From: Dehalococcoidia bacterium
Lineage (GTDB): Bacteria; Chloroflexota; Dehalococcoidia; Plut-88900
DNA length: 64,000 nucleotides
Assembly: GCA_965207225.1 (NCBI GenBank)
Contig: CBDBLV010000002.1
Coordinates: forward strand, 96,001-160,000
Direction: 5' to 3'
Positions 27,263-37,106 of this stretch are shown here, piece after piece. Both the position numbers and the translations under genes were made by a program. The notes below the pieces were generated by a model. It was not told the origin of the DNA. It did no database searches and saw only the letters and a list, made by a program, of their open reading frames with translations. Each line of letters starts with the position of its first letter. Position 1 is the stretch's first letter.

Positions 27263-28842
27263 GTTACCGGTGGTTCAATTGACTCTAACTCTTCCGTTGG
27301 GATGCCGAGGGTGAGATTGACGTTGTTCTCCCCGTCGATGGTCACCTCGTCGAGAAGGAGCCGCAACACCTCGCGGCGCTCCTCGTCCGGCAGGTCGTCC
27401 AGTCTGTCGCCGACCCGGTTGGCCCACTCGACCACGTGCTCACCCAAAGCCAGCTTCTCCATCGCCGCCATCTCCCTGGCGCGAAGGTCGTCCAGCCCTG
27501 CCCGCAGCGTCTCCAACCGCTCGGTGATGAACTTGCGCTGCCGGTCCATCTGCTCCTCGGTGATCTTCTCGGTGACGTAGAGTCTGATCACCCGGTCTTC
27601 CTCGAACTGCACCCTCTGAAGCTCGCGTTCCGCCCTGGCAATCTGGTTCTCCAGCCCTCCGTCCTCCTGCGTGTCCAGCGACTCGATGCCGGCAACGATG
27701 AGGCCGGGGGACTCCAGCACCTTCTTGACCTCGCCCCAGACCAGTCCCTCCAGCCGCTCCGCACGGATCATCGTGTGCTTGCGGCAACCCGTGCGGAAGT
27801 GCTGCACGCCGTAGCACTTGTAGTAGCGGCGGGGGACGTCCATCTCGTACTTGTAGACCTTGCCGTTGCGCTTGACCGTCCGCTTCCTGGTGGCCATGCA
27901 GCCCATGAGCATCCCGCACCCGGTGCACCGGACAAGGTGCTGCAACAGGTAGAATATCTTGGTGTTGCGGTAGGAGCGGGTGCGTCGCTTCTTCATGAGG
28001 CTCTGGGCCATATCCCAGGTCTGCTCGTCCACTATCTGCGGGAACGGCACGGGTATCCAGGTCTCCCTGTCCTTCTCGTAAACTCTCGTCCCATCCTCGG
28101 TGGATACGTAGCGGGCCTTGCCGTACCACCACGTGCCCTTGTAGGTCTCGTTGCTGAGGATACGGTATACCTGTCCGTCCCACCACCGCTTGCCGCCGTT
28201 GGCGACGGGAACGCCGTCGGCCATGAGACGCTGGCCGATCACCCGCGCTCCAAGGTCGTCCCGCACGCACATGCGGAAGATGCGGCGGACGACCTCGGCC
28301 TCGTCCTCCGCTATCTCGGGCCTGCCGTCGTCCCCGATGCGATAGCCGTAGGGGACGTTGCCGATGGGGATTCGGCCCTGCTTGGCCGCGCCGCGCCTGC
28401 CCATCGACGCCCTCTCCCGGAAGTTGTCCAGCTCGATCTTGCCGATGGCGGCCATGAGGCCGAAGGTCTTCATGTCGATGGCGTCCATGACGGCTTCCAA
28501 CTCTATGTGGTGCGCCTCGACCACCTCCATGAGGGCGGCTGCAGGGTACATGCCCCGGCTGAGCCGGTCGGACTTCCAGCAGACGATGGTGTCGAAGCGT
28601 CCCCGCCTGGCGTCGGCGAGCATCCTCTGAAACTCAGGGCGCTTCTTCGACCAGCCCTGTCCCACCTCCTGGTAGCGGGCCACGATGGTCAGGCCGCGCT
28701 TTTCGCAGTGGGCCTCCATGTCGGATGTCTGCTCGGAGATGGAGGTCTTGTCCTCGGCGTCCTGGCTCTGGTCCGAGACGCGGGCGTAGATGGCCGCCCT
28801 GCCTTCCTTCGCCTTGCGGCGCTGCATCTTGATTCTTGGCAT
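27226..28842 (-). CDS. Large serine integrase of the inserted element
   Basis: YARVSD, DRLSR, PYGY, CTGC..YYKC..C; 3' end crosses the attachment site. Confidence 0.94.
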   Translation of the reverse strand: MPRIKMQRRKAKEGRAAIYARVSDQSQDAEDKTSISEQTSDMEAHCEKRGLTIVARYQEVGQGWSKKRPEFQRMLADARRGRFDTIVCWKSDRLSRGMYPAAALMEVVEAHHIELEAVMDAIDMKTFGLMAAIGKIELDNFRERASMGRRGAAKQGRIPIGNVPYGYRIGDDGRPEIAEDEAEVVRRIFRMCVRDDLGARVIGQRLMADGVPVANGGKRWWDGQVYRILSNETYKGTWWYGKARYVSTEDGTRVYEKDRETWIPVPFPQIVDEQTWDMAQSLMKKRRTRSYRNTKIFYLLQHLVRCTGCGMLMGCMATRKRTVKRNGKVYKYEMDVPRRYYKCYGVQHFRTGCRKHTMIRAERLEGLVWGEVKKVLESPGLIVAGIESLDTQEDGGLENQIARAERELQRVQFEEDRVIRLYVTEKITEEQMDRQRKFITERLETLRAGLDDLRAREMAAMEKLALGEHVVEWANRVGDRLDDLPDEERREVLRLLLDEVTIDGENNVNLTLGIPTEELESIEPPVTGSRSRTRPRSR

Positions 28843-28870
28843 GGTTGTCTCCTCTGTGTATAGGACTTGG

Positions 28871-29212
28871 CTAAGGCCAACGTCGCAGCGTCAGTCGTTC
28901 GGTGGCCAAACGGTTCATGCTAACACCGGCCTCGGCTGCGTCCATCGCCAGGGCGCGGTGGGTCTCCGGGGGAATGCGCAGGGTGATCGTCCCGCTGTAG
29001 CGGCGTGTGGATATCGGCTCCGGCACTTCAATGCCCTCCTCCAGATTCAGTTGGACGGCGTGGGACACCACCTCTCGAATCCCGGTCAGGGCCTTTTCCG
29101 GCGTACCGTCCAGGTGGCTCAGCAGGCCGAACTCGGCGCACAGGCCGACGTACTCCCCGTCCTCGTCGGACCAGAAGACCCGGTAGGTGTAGCGGTCGAT
29201 CAATTCAGCCAT
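28871..29212 (-). CDS. hicB: HicB-family antitoxin
   Basis: YTYRVFWSDEDGEYVGLC.EF..LS..TPE.AL, YSG.ITLRIPPETHRALA..A..GVSMN. Confidence 0.9.
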   Translation of the reverse strand: MAELIDRYTYRVFWSDEDGEYVGLCAEFGLLSHLDGTPEKALTGIREVVSHAVQLNLEEGIEVPEPISTRRYSGTITLRIPPETHRALAMDAAEAGVSMNRLATERLTLRRWP

Positions 29213-29453
29213 GCATTTCCTCCAATCTGTCGATTGCCCTGAGCGCCTGACGGACCTGGTAAGCCTTGGCCATTCCCCGAACGGGCTGGATGTTCACCAG
29301 CGGCCTGCCCTGCCAGGGCATCCTGTAGAAGAGATGGCTGCCCCTCTGTCTCGGCTCTCCGAAGTAGCGGTCGCAGACCCTTCTGAGGTCGTCGAACCGG
29401 ACGTTCCGAGGGTTGCGCCGCATGTTGTCCAGTGTCCTGTCCACGATATTCAC
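29205..29453 (-). CDS. hicA: HicA-family mRNA interferase
   Basis: RFDDL...GSH..Y..PW...NIQ...AKAYQVRQ. Confidence 0.88.
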   Translation of the reverse strand: MNIVDRTLDNMRRNPRNVRFDDLRRVCDRYFGEPRQRGSHLFYRMPWQGRPLVNIQPVRGMAKAYQVRQALRAIDRLEEMHG

Positions 29454-29482
29454 ATGATGGCACTAATGCCACCCCGTGTCAA
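29454..29482 (-). promoter_or_regulatory. hicAB promoter TTGACA-N17-CATCAT with palindromic operator TGGCAcTAaTGCCA (29458-29471)
   Basis: Seen directly; consistent with HicB autoregulation. Confidence 0.65.
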
Positions 29483-29509
29483 GGACGACGCAGCTTCCTG
29501 CAAGACGCC

Positions 29510-29716
29510 TCAGTCCTCCCCATCCGGGCCGTGCTGAGGCGATGGGTCCTCAGGGGAAGCCTCTTCGTCCTGGGTCAATTTGGCCAGTATGGTGAAGAGC
29601 CTGCGCAGGCGGTCCCGGGCGTCGGGAGCGGGGTTGCAGTTGATCGCCACCACGCGCAGTTCTGCGGAGGCTTCCCTTCGCGTCTTCTGCTCTGTCCTGC
29701 GGGTGGCTTCTTTCAA
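29510..29716 (-). CDS. Small protein (PAPDARDRLRRLFTILAK), possible directionality factor
   Basis: 68-aa ORF upstream of integrase/hicAB; function inferred from position only. Confidence 0.5.
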   Translation of the reverse strand: MKEATRRTEQKTRREASAELRVVAINCNPAPDARDRLRRLFTILAKLTQDEEASPEDPSPQHGPDGED

Positions 29717-30906
29717 GATCGCTGCTCTTGTCGCTTTGCTTGCGGTCGGATAGGTGCTCAGGGTTGACCTACCGGACTACGGCCCGGTCGTTACGTCAGT
29801 GTGGACGACCGGAATGGCGAGCGTTATCCCTCAGAGGGGGTATTCATCCGTGCAACCGGTTTCATTCATCCCCCGTAGCGATGGCGAGACGCAATGGGGC
29901 CAGACCCGGCTACCGGGATGAGGCCGTGGAGGCCACGGCGTCACCGGGGTTGTTGGTCGCTCTGTCGAACTCAGCGCCACCTCGCTCACCTCGTCGTGGT
30001 CTGCTGCGACGCACTTGATCGCAGCGTTCACCAGAGAGTGTGAACGGTTCAGACGCGAAAAAAGACCTCACGCAAGGTGGCACCTTCCGAGGTCCCTTTT
30101 TGGCGGGCCGTTTCTTGCAGTGGCAGGGGTGTACAGGAAAAGGAGTTTGGTGACTGACTGGTCAAAGTCGTGATTCCGTAGCTGAACCAGGGGCAAAACC
30201 CACTCTACCGGACGTGAGCGGTGAGCAATCTGATGAAAGGGCGGAGTCCGGTCTCCAATGACAAAAAGATGCTTGAGGTGGGGGTGCATGACGCGGCCAA
30301 AATCGACGGCCCGATGACAAAACCGGCCAAAAAGTGCGCTTGAGGTGGGGGTGCGTTACGCGGGGTGCGACATCGCAGAAAACACGGACTTGGCGGAATT
30401 CACAGCTGAGACGAATTTCTTGAGGAGGAGGACATTGCCATGAAGACCACCGGACACGGCATTGAGGACAGCAAAGACGTGGAGAACATGTACCACATGC
30501 GGCTCATGACGTTGCTGCAAGAGCTGGTGCGGGAGCGCGGGTACAGGGGCGCTGCGCGGGCGCTGGAGATCGACCAGCGCACGGTGGCCGAGAGCGCAAG
30601 GACGGGAAGGCTGTCGCGGCGTATGCGGGAGGCCCTGGAGCGGGCTTTGCGGTAGGGCGTGGGTTCTACGGCGGTCCGCCAGCGGGAGCCCAACGACGCC
30701 TTGGAGGAACGGTTGGGGGCGCTGGAGGGCGCGGTGAAGGCCCTGGGGCAGGACGACTTCATGGGGGCGAAGATGACCGGGGGCGCTCACGCCCACGCCG
30801 TTCCTTCCCAGCAAGGCGCTGATGGAGGGGGAGACGGAGCGGAGCGTCAGGACGGGAGAAAAATCCTCCGTCGGAGTCCTTGACCCGGCGCAAGTATCTC
30901 GACCTA

Positions 30907-32114
30907 GTACCGTTTCAACTTGAATATGCTGGATAGATGTGTTGAAGTTTAGTGCGAGCGTGGTGAGTGGAGAAGCGCCAGTCTATGACAGCGCCGGCCT
31001 CATTGCGCTCACGTTCCAGCGCCAAGACTTCTCGCTTCAGTACAGCCTCGTCGCCGATTCGGCGGTTGAGACACTGGTTGCTCAAGACACTCAGCTCTAT
31101 CTCGGCCATGTTCAGCCAACTGCCGTGTACTGGGGTGTAGTGGAACTCGAGGCTCTTGGCAATACGGCGCGCTTCCGCCGGCTCGAAGGCATCGTACAAC
31201 GAACCCAGCTTGTGTGTGTTGAGATTGTCCAGCACCAGCCGTATCGTCTGGGTGTGAGGGTACGCCTCATCGACCAGCCATCTCATCTGATATACGAAAT
31301 CCACGGCAGTACGTTGCTCGGTCACCTCGACATGCTTCCAGCCGGCTTTCGGCTCACAGATCATGAACAGGTTGCGTGTGCCGTTTCGCTTGTACTCGTA
31401 GTCATATCGTTCCACCCGCCCCGGCTTGGCCCTGATGGATGGCCTCTTATCGGCCACCAGTTGCTTGGACGTCTCGTCGAAGCAGACCACGGGACGGTCC
31501 GGGTCGTAGTCTTCATCATACAGGTCGAGCACGTCCTCCATTCGAGCTACGAACTCCCCGCTCACTTGGGGGACGCACCACTCCTTCTTCTTCCACGGCT
31601 TGAGTTCGTTTTTTTGAGTATCTGGCGCACCGTCTCGAGCGAGATGCTCTCGGCAAACCCCATCGCCACCACCCTGTCGGCAAGCAGTTGCAGCGTCCAA
31701 ACCGCGTGGCCTTCGGGTGCGTTGCTGCACGCGATGGCTATCAGATGTGCTTCCTGCCTGCCGTCCAACTTGCGCTTCTGCCCCGGTCGCGCTCGCTCAT
31801 TGAGGGCCCCGTCGAGCCCCTCGTGCACAAACCGGGTGCGCACACGCCCCACCGTGGATACGCTTATCAATAGGCCATTGGCGATGTCGCGGTCGGGCAT
31901 ACCTTCGTCTGCCTTCAGCAACACCAACGCTCGCTTCACCTTACGAGCCGAGGCTTCGCCACGACTCACTAACTGCTTCAGATGTGTCCGCTCCGACCCG
32001 TTCAACTCCACTTTGTACTTGAGAGCAGGCATGTCTTCGTACGTCCTCCCCATAAGATCATACATAAAGACTAACCTATTTCTTATATCTGTTAAATACA
32101 CCTGGAAACGGTAC
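30907..32114 (-). mobile_element. IS630-family insertion sequence with TA target duplication
   Basis: Terminal IR GTACCGTTTC/GAAACGGTAC, TA at 30905-30906 and 32115-32116, empty site CTAG. Confidence 0.93.
30915..32032 (-). CDS. IS630 transposase, two ORFs joined by -1 frameshift at A7 (31609-31615)
   Basis: HTH ORF ends ..ILKK, DDE ORF begins KNELKPW..FDET..LDNLNTH..WLNMAE. Confidence 0.9.
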
Positions 32115-32413
32115 TAGTGACCATTGAGCCCGCCGATGACAACGAGGAGGTATTCGGCGAGGCTTGGACGCTCATCGTCCGGTGGCGGGCGCTCACGCTG
32201 AGGTTGTGGACGCAGTCGTGGTCGTCCGGCGTTACGTTGTGCAGGTCGCTTTGGGCAATTTCCGGGGTGGGGGCACGCAGGGGGTCTTTTCGGCCTCACA
32301 GATCGGCTATGATGACTTCACTGTTTGGCTTTCTCCAGGGTTTCCGACCATAGAAACCCGGGTGCGTGATCCCTGTTGCACGGGCTTCGCCCAAGAGGGA
32401 ATGCTGGCAATGC

Positions 32414-32524
32414 GGAGTTTGACGTTGGTCCTTCGCAACCAGTGCGGGCCGAACCGACGGAGTTGACGCAAGGGCCTCCGTTCTCGGTCCCGTCCAGAGG
32501 GTTGGAGTTTGACGTTGGTCCTTC
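32414..32524 (+). repeat. Three repeats at 45-bp period (GGAGTTTGACGTTGGTCCTTC twice, degenerate middle copy)
   Basis: Starts at 32414, 32459, 32504. Confidence 0.7.
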
Positions 32525-33337
32525 ACCCGCTGGACACCGGTCTGACGGCTGGGGTTGATCGCCTCTCCGTCGGGCCAAGGGAACGGGTGCGCCTTCCGCG
32601 CCTCGTCCCCGGCAAACTGGTCGACGTCGGCGCTTGTCGCATCGACCGGTTCAGCATGTCTGCGTGATGGCTGACGCAGTCGGTCGCACCGCAGTTCCGA
32701 CACGCGCCCGGCTGCCTGTGTCCATGAGCAGGCTGGCCGCTGCACGTCTGGCTGTTTCTCCCTGTCAGTACCAACTCCCGGGCCAGGTTGCTCGTCCCAA
32801 ACCCACTTCGTCCCCTTCGCGCGTCCCTTTGGCTGGCTCACGTCCCAGACGTTCCGCCCTGCCACGTGTGCCACCTAGCCTCGTCAGTCATCTCTGGCCT
32901 GACAGTGAGAAGCGCGGGAACAGGCACGGGTGGGCCGCAGTTGTGGCCGCCTGCGCACTATCGCCAGTCGCGCTGTCACCGTCGCCGGTTACGGCGGAGG
33001 CGGCCCTCCGCGTCGGGGCCGGGGTTGAAGTCGATGGTTGCCGCGCCGAACTCGGAGATGGCCCGGCCACTGTTCTCTGATTCTGTTTGGTTCTCGGCTT
33101 CTTTCAAGGTTGCCACTCTCGTCGCGTCGATTGCCCGGCGTTCGAGTTGGGAATCAAAGGACTGCCCGAACTGCAACTGGCTTTCTCCAACCAGCGTGGG
33201 CTATGGGAGAGACGAGCGTTATCCCTCGGAAGGGGTCTTCATCCATGCAACCGTTTCATTCGTGATAGCCCCTTCCAGGGGATACCCCGCCAAGGGGTCG
33301 CCGTGATGTCATGGGGTAGTACAGGAAAACGCGTCCG

Positions 33338-33530
33338 TGTACATGTTGTACATCTGGGCGGTTTGCAAAGCTGGAACAGGGGGAAAGCAGCCCCTACAGG
33401 GCGTGAAAAGCGAACACTTTTTGTCAGGGACCGGTTGCGACGGGCTGGTACATAGCCCGTAGCTGAAGCGGTACATGTTGTACACCCTGAGAGAGTCGGC
33501 AGCCGTGTACAAAACGGGTACATGTTGTAC
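33338..33530. repeat. Three copies of GTACATGTTGTAC upstream of 33545
   Basis: Copies near 33338, 33471, 33518. Confidence 0.75.
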
Positions 33531-33544
33531 CGGAGGAGGGACTG

Positions 33545-34423
33545 ATGGAAGCGAGTGAGGTGGTCAAGACTGAAGGCGGAGACGCTGAAGAGGAGCACGT
33601 CCAGAGGCTCATGGCCCTGCTGCACGAGGTGGTGCGAAGAGAAGGGAGCCGTAAGGGAGCGGCGCGGGCGCTGGGGATAGACCGGCGGACCGTGGGTGCC
33701 TGCATGGATGGCGGGGGAATGACGTGGCGGCTCAGGGAAGCCCTGGAGCGGGGCCTCCGGGATGGGGTGGGTTCGTCCGCCGCCCGTCACCGGAGGCGTC
33801 ACGACGCGCTGGAGCGTCGGGTGGAGAAGCTGGTGAAGGAACTTCACGAGGGTCTGGACGCCGTCAAAGGCGAGGTGAAAGTCCTGTGTGAGGAGCAGAG
33901 CGGGGCGTTAGCGAAGATCGAGAAGAGGCTGTCGCGTGCGGAAGCCCAGCGAGAGTCCACGACGGGACCGACGGAGGCCCAGGACGCAACCGGAGACGCG
34001 CCGGAGGAGGCCCCGGCGACGGACAAGCCGTCGGCGAGGGCCAGGTACCCGAGGCGGCTGAATCCCGAGCTGGTGACGAAGGAGCCCGCGCCCGACGACG
34101 AGGAGGTCTTCGGCGAGGCGTGGCCGCTCATCGAGGAGTGGCGCGAAATCTGGAAGGCGGGACACGTGGGCACAGGCAAGGGCCTGGCCTGGCTGGAGAC
34201 CGAGGAACGGGTTCGCGAGCTGGAGGTTGCCCTGCTCGAAGAGCACGGGATGACCCTTCCGCCGGAGACGGAGCCGCTGCACGGACTCTACCGAAGCACA
34301 CAGCTCACCTGGCGCAGGGACACCCTCTGGGAGGTCCGCAGGGCGCTGGCGTGGAGATACCTGCTGTGGAAGGCGCTCACGTGCGGCCTGTGGCGGAGCC
34401 GCTGGTGGCCGGGGCGCGCTTAG
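33545..34423 (+). CDS. Hypothetical protein: N-terminal HTH, coiled coil, conserved C-domain
   Basis: KGAARALGIDRRTVGAC HTH; strong GGAGG RBS; paralog in the window. Confidence 0.8.
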   Translation: MEASEVVKTEGGDAEEEHVQRLMALLHEVVRREGSRKGAARALGIDRRTVGACMDGGGMTWRLREALERGLRDGVGSSAARHRRRHDALERRVEKLVKELHEGLDAVKGEVKVLCEEQSGALAKIEKRLSRAEAQRESTTGPTEAQDATGDAPEEAPATDKPSARARYPRRLNPELVTKEPAPDDEEVFGEAWPLIEEWREIWKAGHVGTGKGLAWLETEERVRELEVALLEEHGMTLPPETEPLHGLYRSTQLTWRRDTLWEVRRALAWRYLLWKALTCGLWRSRWWPGRA

Positions 34424-36155
34424 AGGCTGTCCCATAAGTGGGAAGTGACGGATAGCGCCCCGGCAGCTGTTCCGACGCGACATCTACGAAGAGATGAAGA
34501 TGCCGCTTAGACCAGGGTTCGCTTTTACGACCCCAGCCGGGAAGTGATAGGGGAATGCTGGATTGAAGGGTGAGAGTTGTGTAGTAGCGGCAGTTGCTGT
34601 GAGAGAGTGGGGAGAGGCACTAGGCCGCGGATACTTGAGTGGAGGGGTCGGCTCCGGGTCTCCACGCCTTCCAGATAGTGCGGAGGTTGAAGGCGATGGC
34701 AAGCACCGTCCATTCGGCCTTCACGTTGGCAAGGCCACGCAACAGGAACCTCCGAGCCCTCAGTTGTTCCTTAAAGATCCCGAAGACCGGTTCGACCAGG
34801 TACTTCCTCCGTTTGTAGGCCGTCGTGGCTGCCTCGGTAGACATCCATTCTCTGTGAGCGCGCAGTACATGGTCGCGTGCCCCGATTTCTAGCTTGCGTC
34901 CCCGTGGGTAATCCTTGGTGCAGACCCCAAATGCGGGGCAACTGCGGCAGGCCGAGGCAGAGGCTGCTCGGTATACCCGGACCGGCGTTCCGGCGTTTGT
35001 GGACGAGCTGGAGAAGCGCAATATCTTTCCATGAGGACAGACGTACCTGTCGTTGCCCTCGTCATAGGTGAATCGGTCCTTGTGATAGGGATTGTCCAGT
35101 GGTCGGGCCATATCCGGCATTGCCACTTGCTGACCTTTACGGTGACTCGCCTCCAGGTTCCGGCCTCCACAATAACCGGCGTCTGCCAACGTCAACGGAG
35201 TCCTGGTTCCTGTAACACCCTCTGCCTGTTCCATCATCGGGGTCAACTGGAGGGCGTCATTGACTTGGTCCACAACGTCTACGGCGGTCAGCAGCATGCC
35301 GGTCGTCTGTCCGCCTGGTGCCAGCGGTGACACCATAGCTTGGGCGTTGTAGCTGGGCATGAAGCCCTGACGGGTCCTCATGAGTTTTGCATCCCGATCG
35401 GTGAGGTTGATGCGCTTGCGATTCCGCTCAGAAGCCAACTCGTCCATCGCATGACGAATCTGCTCCCTCAGCGTTTGCTTGTTGGCTAATTCTTCCGGCA
35501 GATGTAATGCGGGGGTATCCTCACCTGCTTCGTTCTGAGCTTCAAGGTCGGAGATCGCCTTCTCCACCCTGTTCAATAACCGACCCAACTCCCCCGCATC
35601 GTAGGTCCTATCTCTTGCCGCATTGGCCCCCACCTTAGTTCCGTCAACCGCCTGCACCGCCAGATCCACCAGCTTCATCGTCACCGCCGTGCGCACAGTG
35701 CGCTCGAACAGCTTCCTCATGGACTGCCTGTGTTCCTTGTAGAACCGCCACAAGGTGTTGTGGTCAGGATGCTGCCAGCCGGTCAGCCACAGATACGGTA
35801 TCTGGTCCCGGCAGGCCGCCTCCAACTTGCGGCAGGAGCGCACCCCGGTCATGAAACCGTACAGCCACACGCTCAACAAAGCGCGGGGATGGTAGGCCGG
35901 CGCTCCCATCGGGTCGCCGTCTATCTCCACGCCGAGTTCAGCCCAGCCTTCCCTATCCAGTGCGTCCACAAACTCGGCCACGAATCGGGCTGGATGGTCT
36001 AACGGCAACAGATCGTCAAGAGTCGGGGGCAACAGCCACATCTGTTCTCGGTCCATATCTCGAAGCGGCATCTCCATCTCTCCTTCGTCGATGTCGCTTC
36101 AAAGGTACACCTAACAAGGTTCCATTCACCACTCCCCAACTTCTGAGACAGGCTG
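34424..36155 (-). mobile_element. IS1182-family insertion sequence
   Basis: Imperfect IRs AGGCTGTCCCATAAGT / AGCCTGTCTCAGAAGT; GCTTAG on both flanks (34418-34423, 36156-36161). Confidence 0.85.
34620..36077 (-). CDS. IS1182 transposase
   Basis: LLP..HPAR, PAYHPRALL..YG..SCRKLE, PDHNTL, DGTKV.ANA, TDRDA, ADAGY, VEPVFG.FK. Confidence 0.95.
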   Translation of the reverse strand: MEMPLRDMDREQMWLLPPTLDDLLPLDHPARFVAEFVDALDREGWAELGVEIDGDPMGAPAYHPRALLSVWLYGFMTGVRSCRKLEAACRDQIPYLWLTGWQHPDHNTLWRFYKEHRQSMRKLFERTVRTAVTMKLVDLAVQAVDGTKVGANAARDRTYDAGELGRLLNRVEKAISDLEAQNEAGEDTPALHLPEELANKQTLREQIRHAMDELASERNRKRINLTDRDAKLMRTRQGFMPSYNAQAMVSPLAPGGQTTGMLLTAVDVVDQVNDALQLTPMMEQAEGVTGTRTPLTLADAGYCGGRNLEASHRKGQQVAMPDMARPLDNPYHKDRFTYDEGNDRYVCPHGKILRFSSSSTNAGTPVRVYRAASASACRSCPAFGVCTKDYPRGRKLEIGARDHVLRAHREWMSTEAATTAYKRRKYLVEPVFGIFKEQLRARRFLLRGLANVKAEWTVLAIAFNLRTIWKAWRPGADPSTQVSAA

Positions 36156-37106
36156 GCTTAGGGTTTTCATGAACTGGACAGAACACTTTGGGCGGGGACG
36201 CCGTGAAACCCTTTCCATCCGCTCAACCGTTCGGCAATAATGGAGTCAGTTTCAGGCTTTTCCAGTTGTTTCGTGCCGAGAAACCTGGAGGGTTCCCGTC
36301 CCCCGAATCCGGGACCGGCTGCGTAGGATCGAGCACCGCGCTCTCTGAAAGCCACCCAGGGGTCAGACCGGAGGGATCGAGCATTGCGCTCTCCCGAAGT
36401 CCGCCCCTGAGGGACACATTCGCAGCGGCTGAGGCGCGTTTCGCTTCGGCCCCTCGGACACCTTGGCCGGAGTGCGCCCATCACACCTGGTCAGTTCTGC
36501 AAGGCTGCGGCGCAACCGTCACGCGGTTGGGTCGCAGTTTCCACTCTCATTTGGCCCGCGACGACCTCGCAGGCCGCGTCACACTCGCCGCGCCGTCCTG
36601 TGGTTGAACTTCAGGCCGGTCGCATCCCCTTCAACGCAGTTCTCTCCCCTGGGTCGCTCCCCCGTGACGTGACTCTGGGCTGAGCTGCGTCCTTCTCATT
36701 CCCTTCGTCCCCGCGTCCGGCATCCGACCGTGGGCGAAGTGCGTCTCGCGTCAACCGAACCCATCACACAGACAACCCGCGCCCTGGATGCCGCGCGGGT
36801 CAACAACATCAACAACATCGAGGAGGTGAACATGCACGTCGAGTAACCGGTAGGCGAGGTCGAGGGCGTCGGAGTCGGCTTCGACAGCATTCATGCCACG
36901 GCTCTCGCACGCAAGGCCCACATAGCGGTTGGCGAGCACAGGGCCGCGTCTCTTCCCAGGAGGAGTCGCGGCCCTTCCCTTTGCCAGCCAACACAAACCC
37001 ACGGAGACAGTCCCGGCCATTCGGGACGCCAATTCAAAGCGGGACTGTCTCCGCCCCACGGGGGTGGTAGGCCGTCCCGCTTCTTCATTTCAAAAGGAGA
37101 AGCGAC

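Larger units (their letters stand above)
30440..32260 (+). pseudogene. Disrupted paralog of 33545-34423 (TAG at 30653, IS630 insertion)
   Basis: RLMTLLQELVRERGYRGAARALEID..LR*GVGS and, after the IS, VTIEPADDNEEVFGEAW match the intact copy; 3' limit approximate. Confidence 0.8.

Noticed and set aside
27436-28863. Long antisense ORFs (also 30939-32117, 36891-38345, 47085-47993 and others)
   Set aside because: Shadows of well-supported genes in high-GC DNA
32414-33530. CRISPR array
   Set aside because: Repeats are too few, short or irregular and no cas genes are present; the Cas4-like tail belongs to the helicase
33338-33530. LexA boxes
   Set aside because: GTAC-N5-GTAC spacing does not match the N4 GAAC/GTTC-type box
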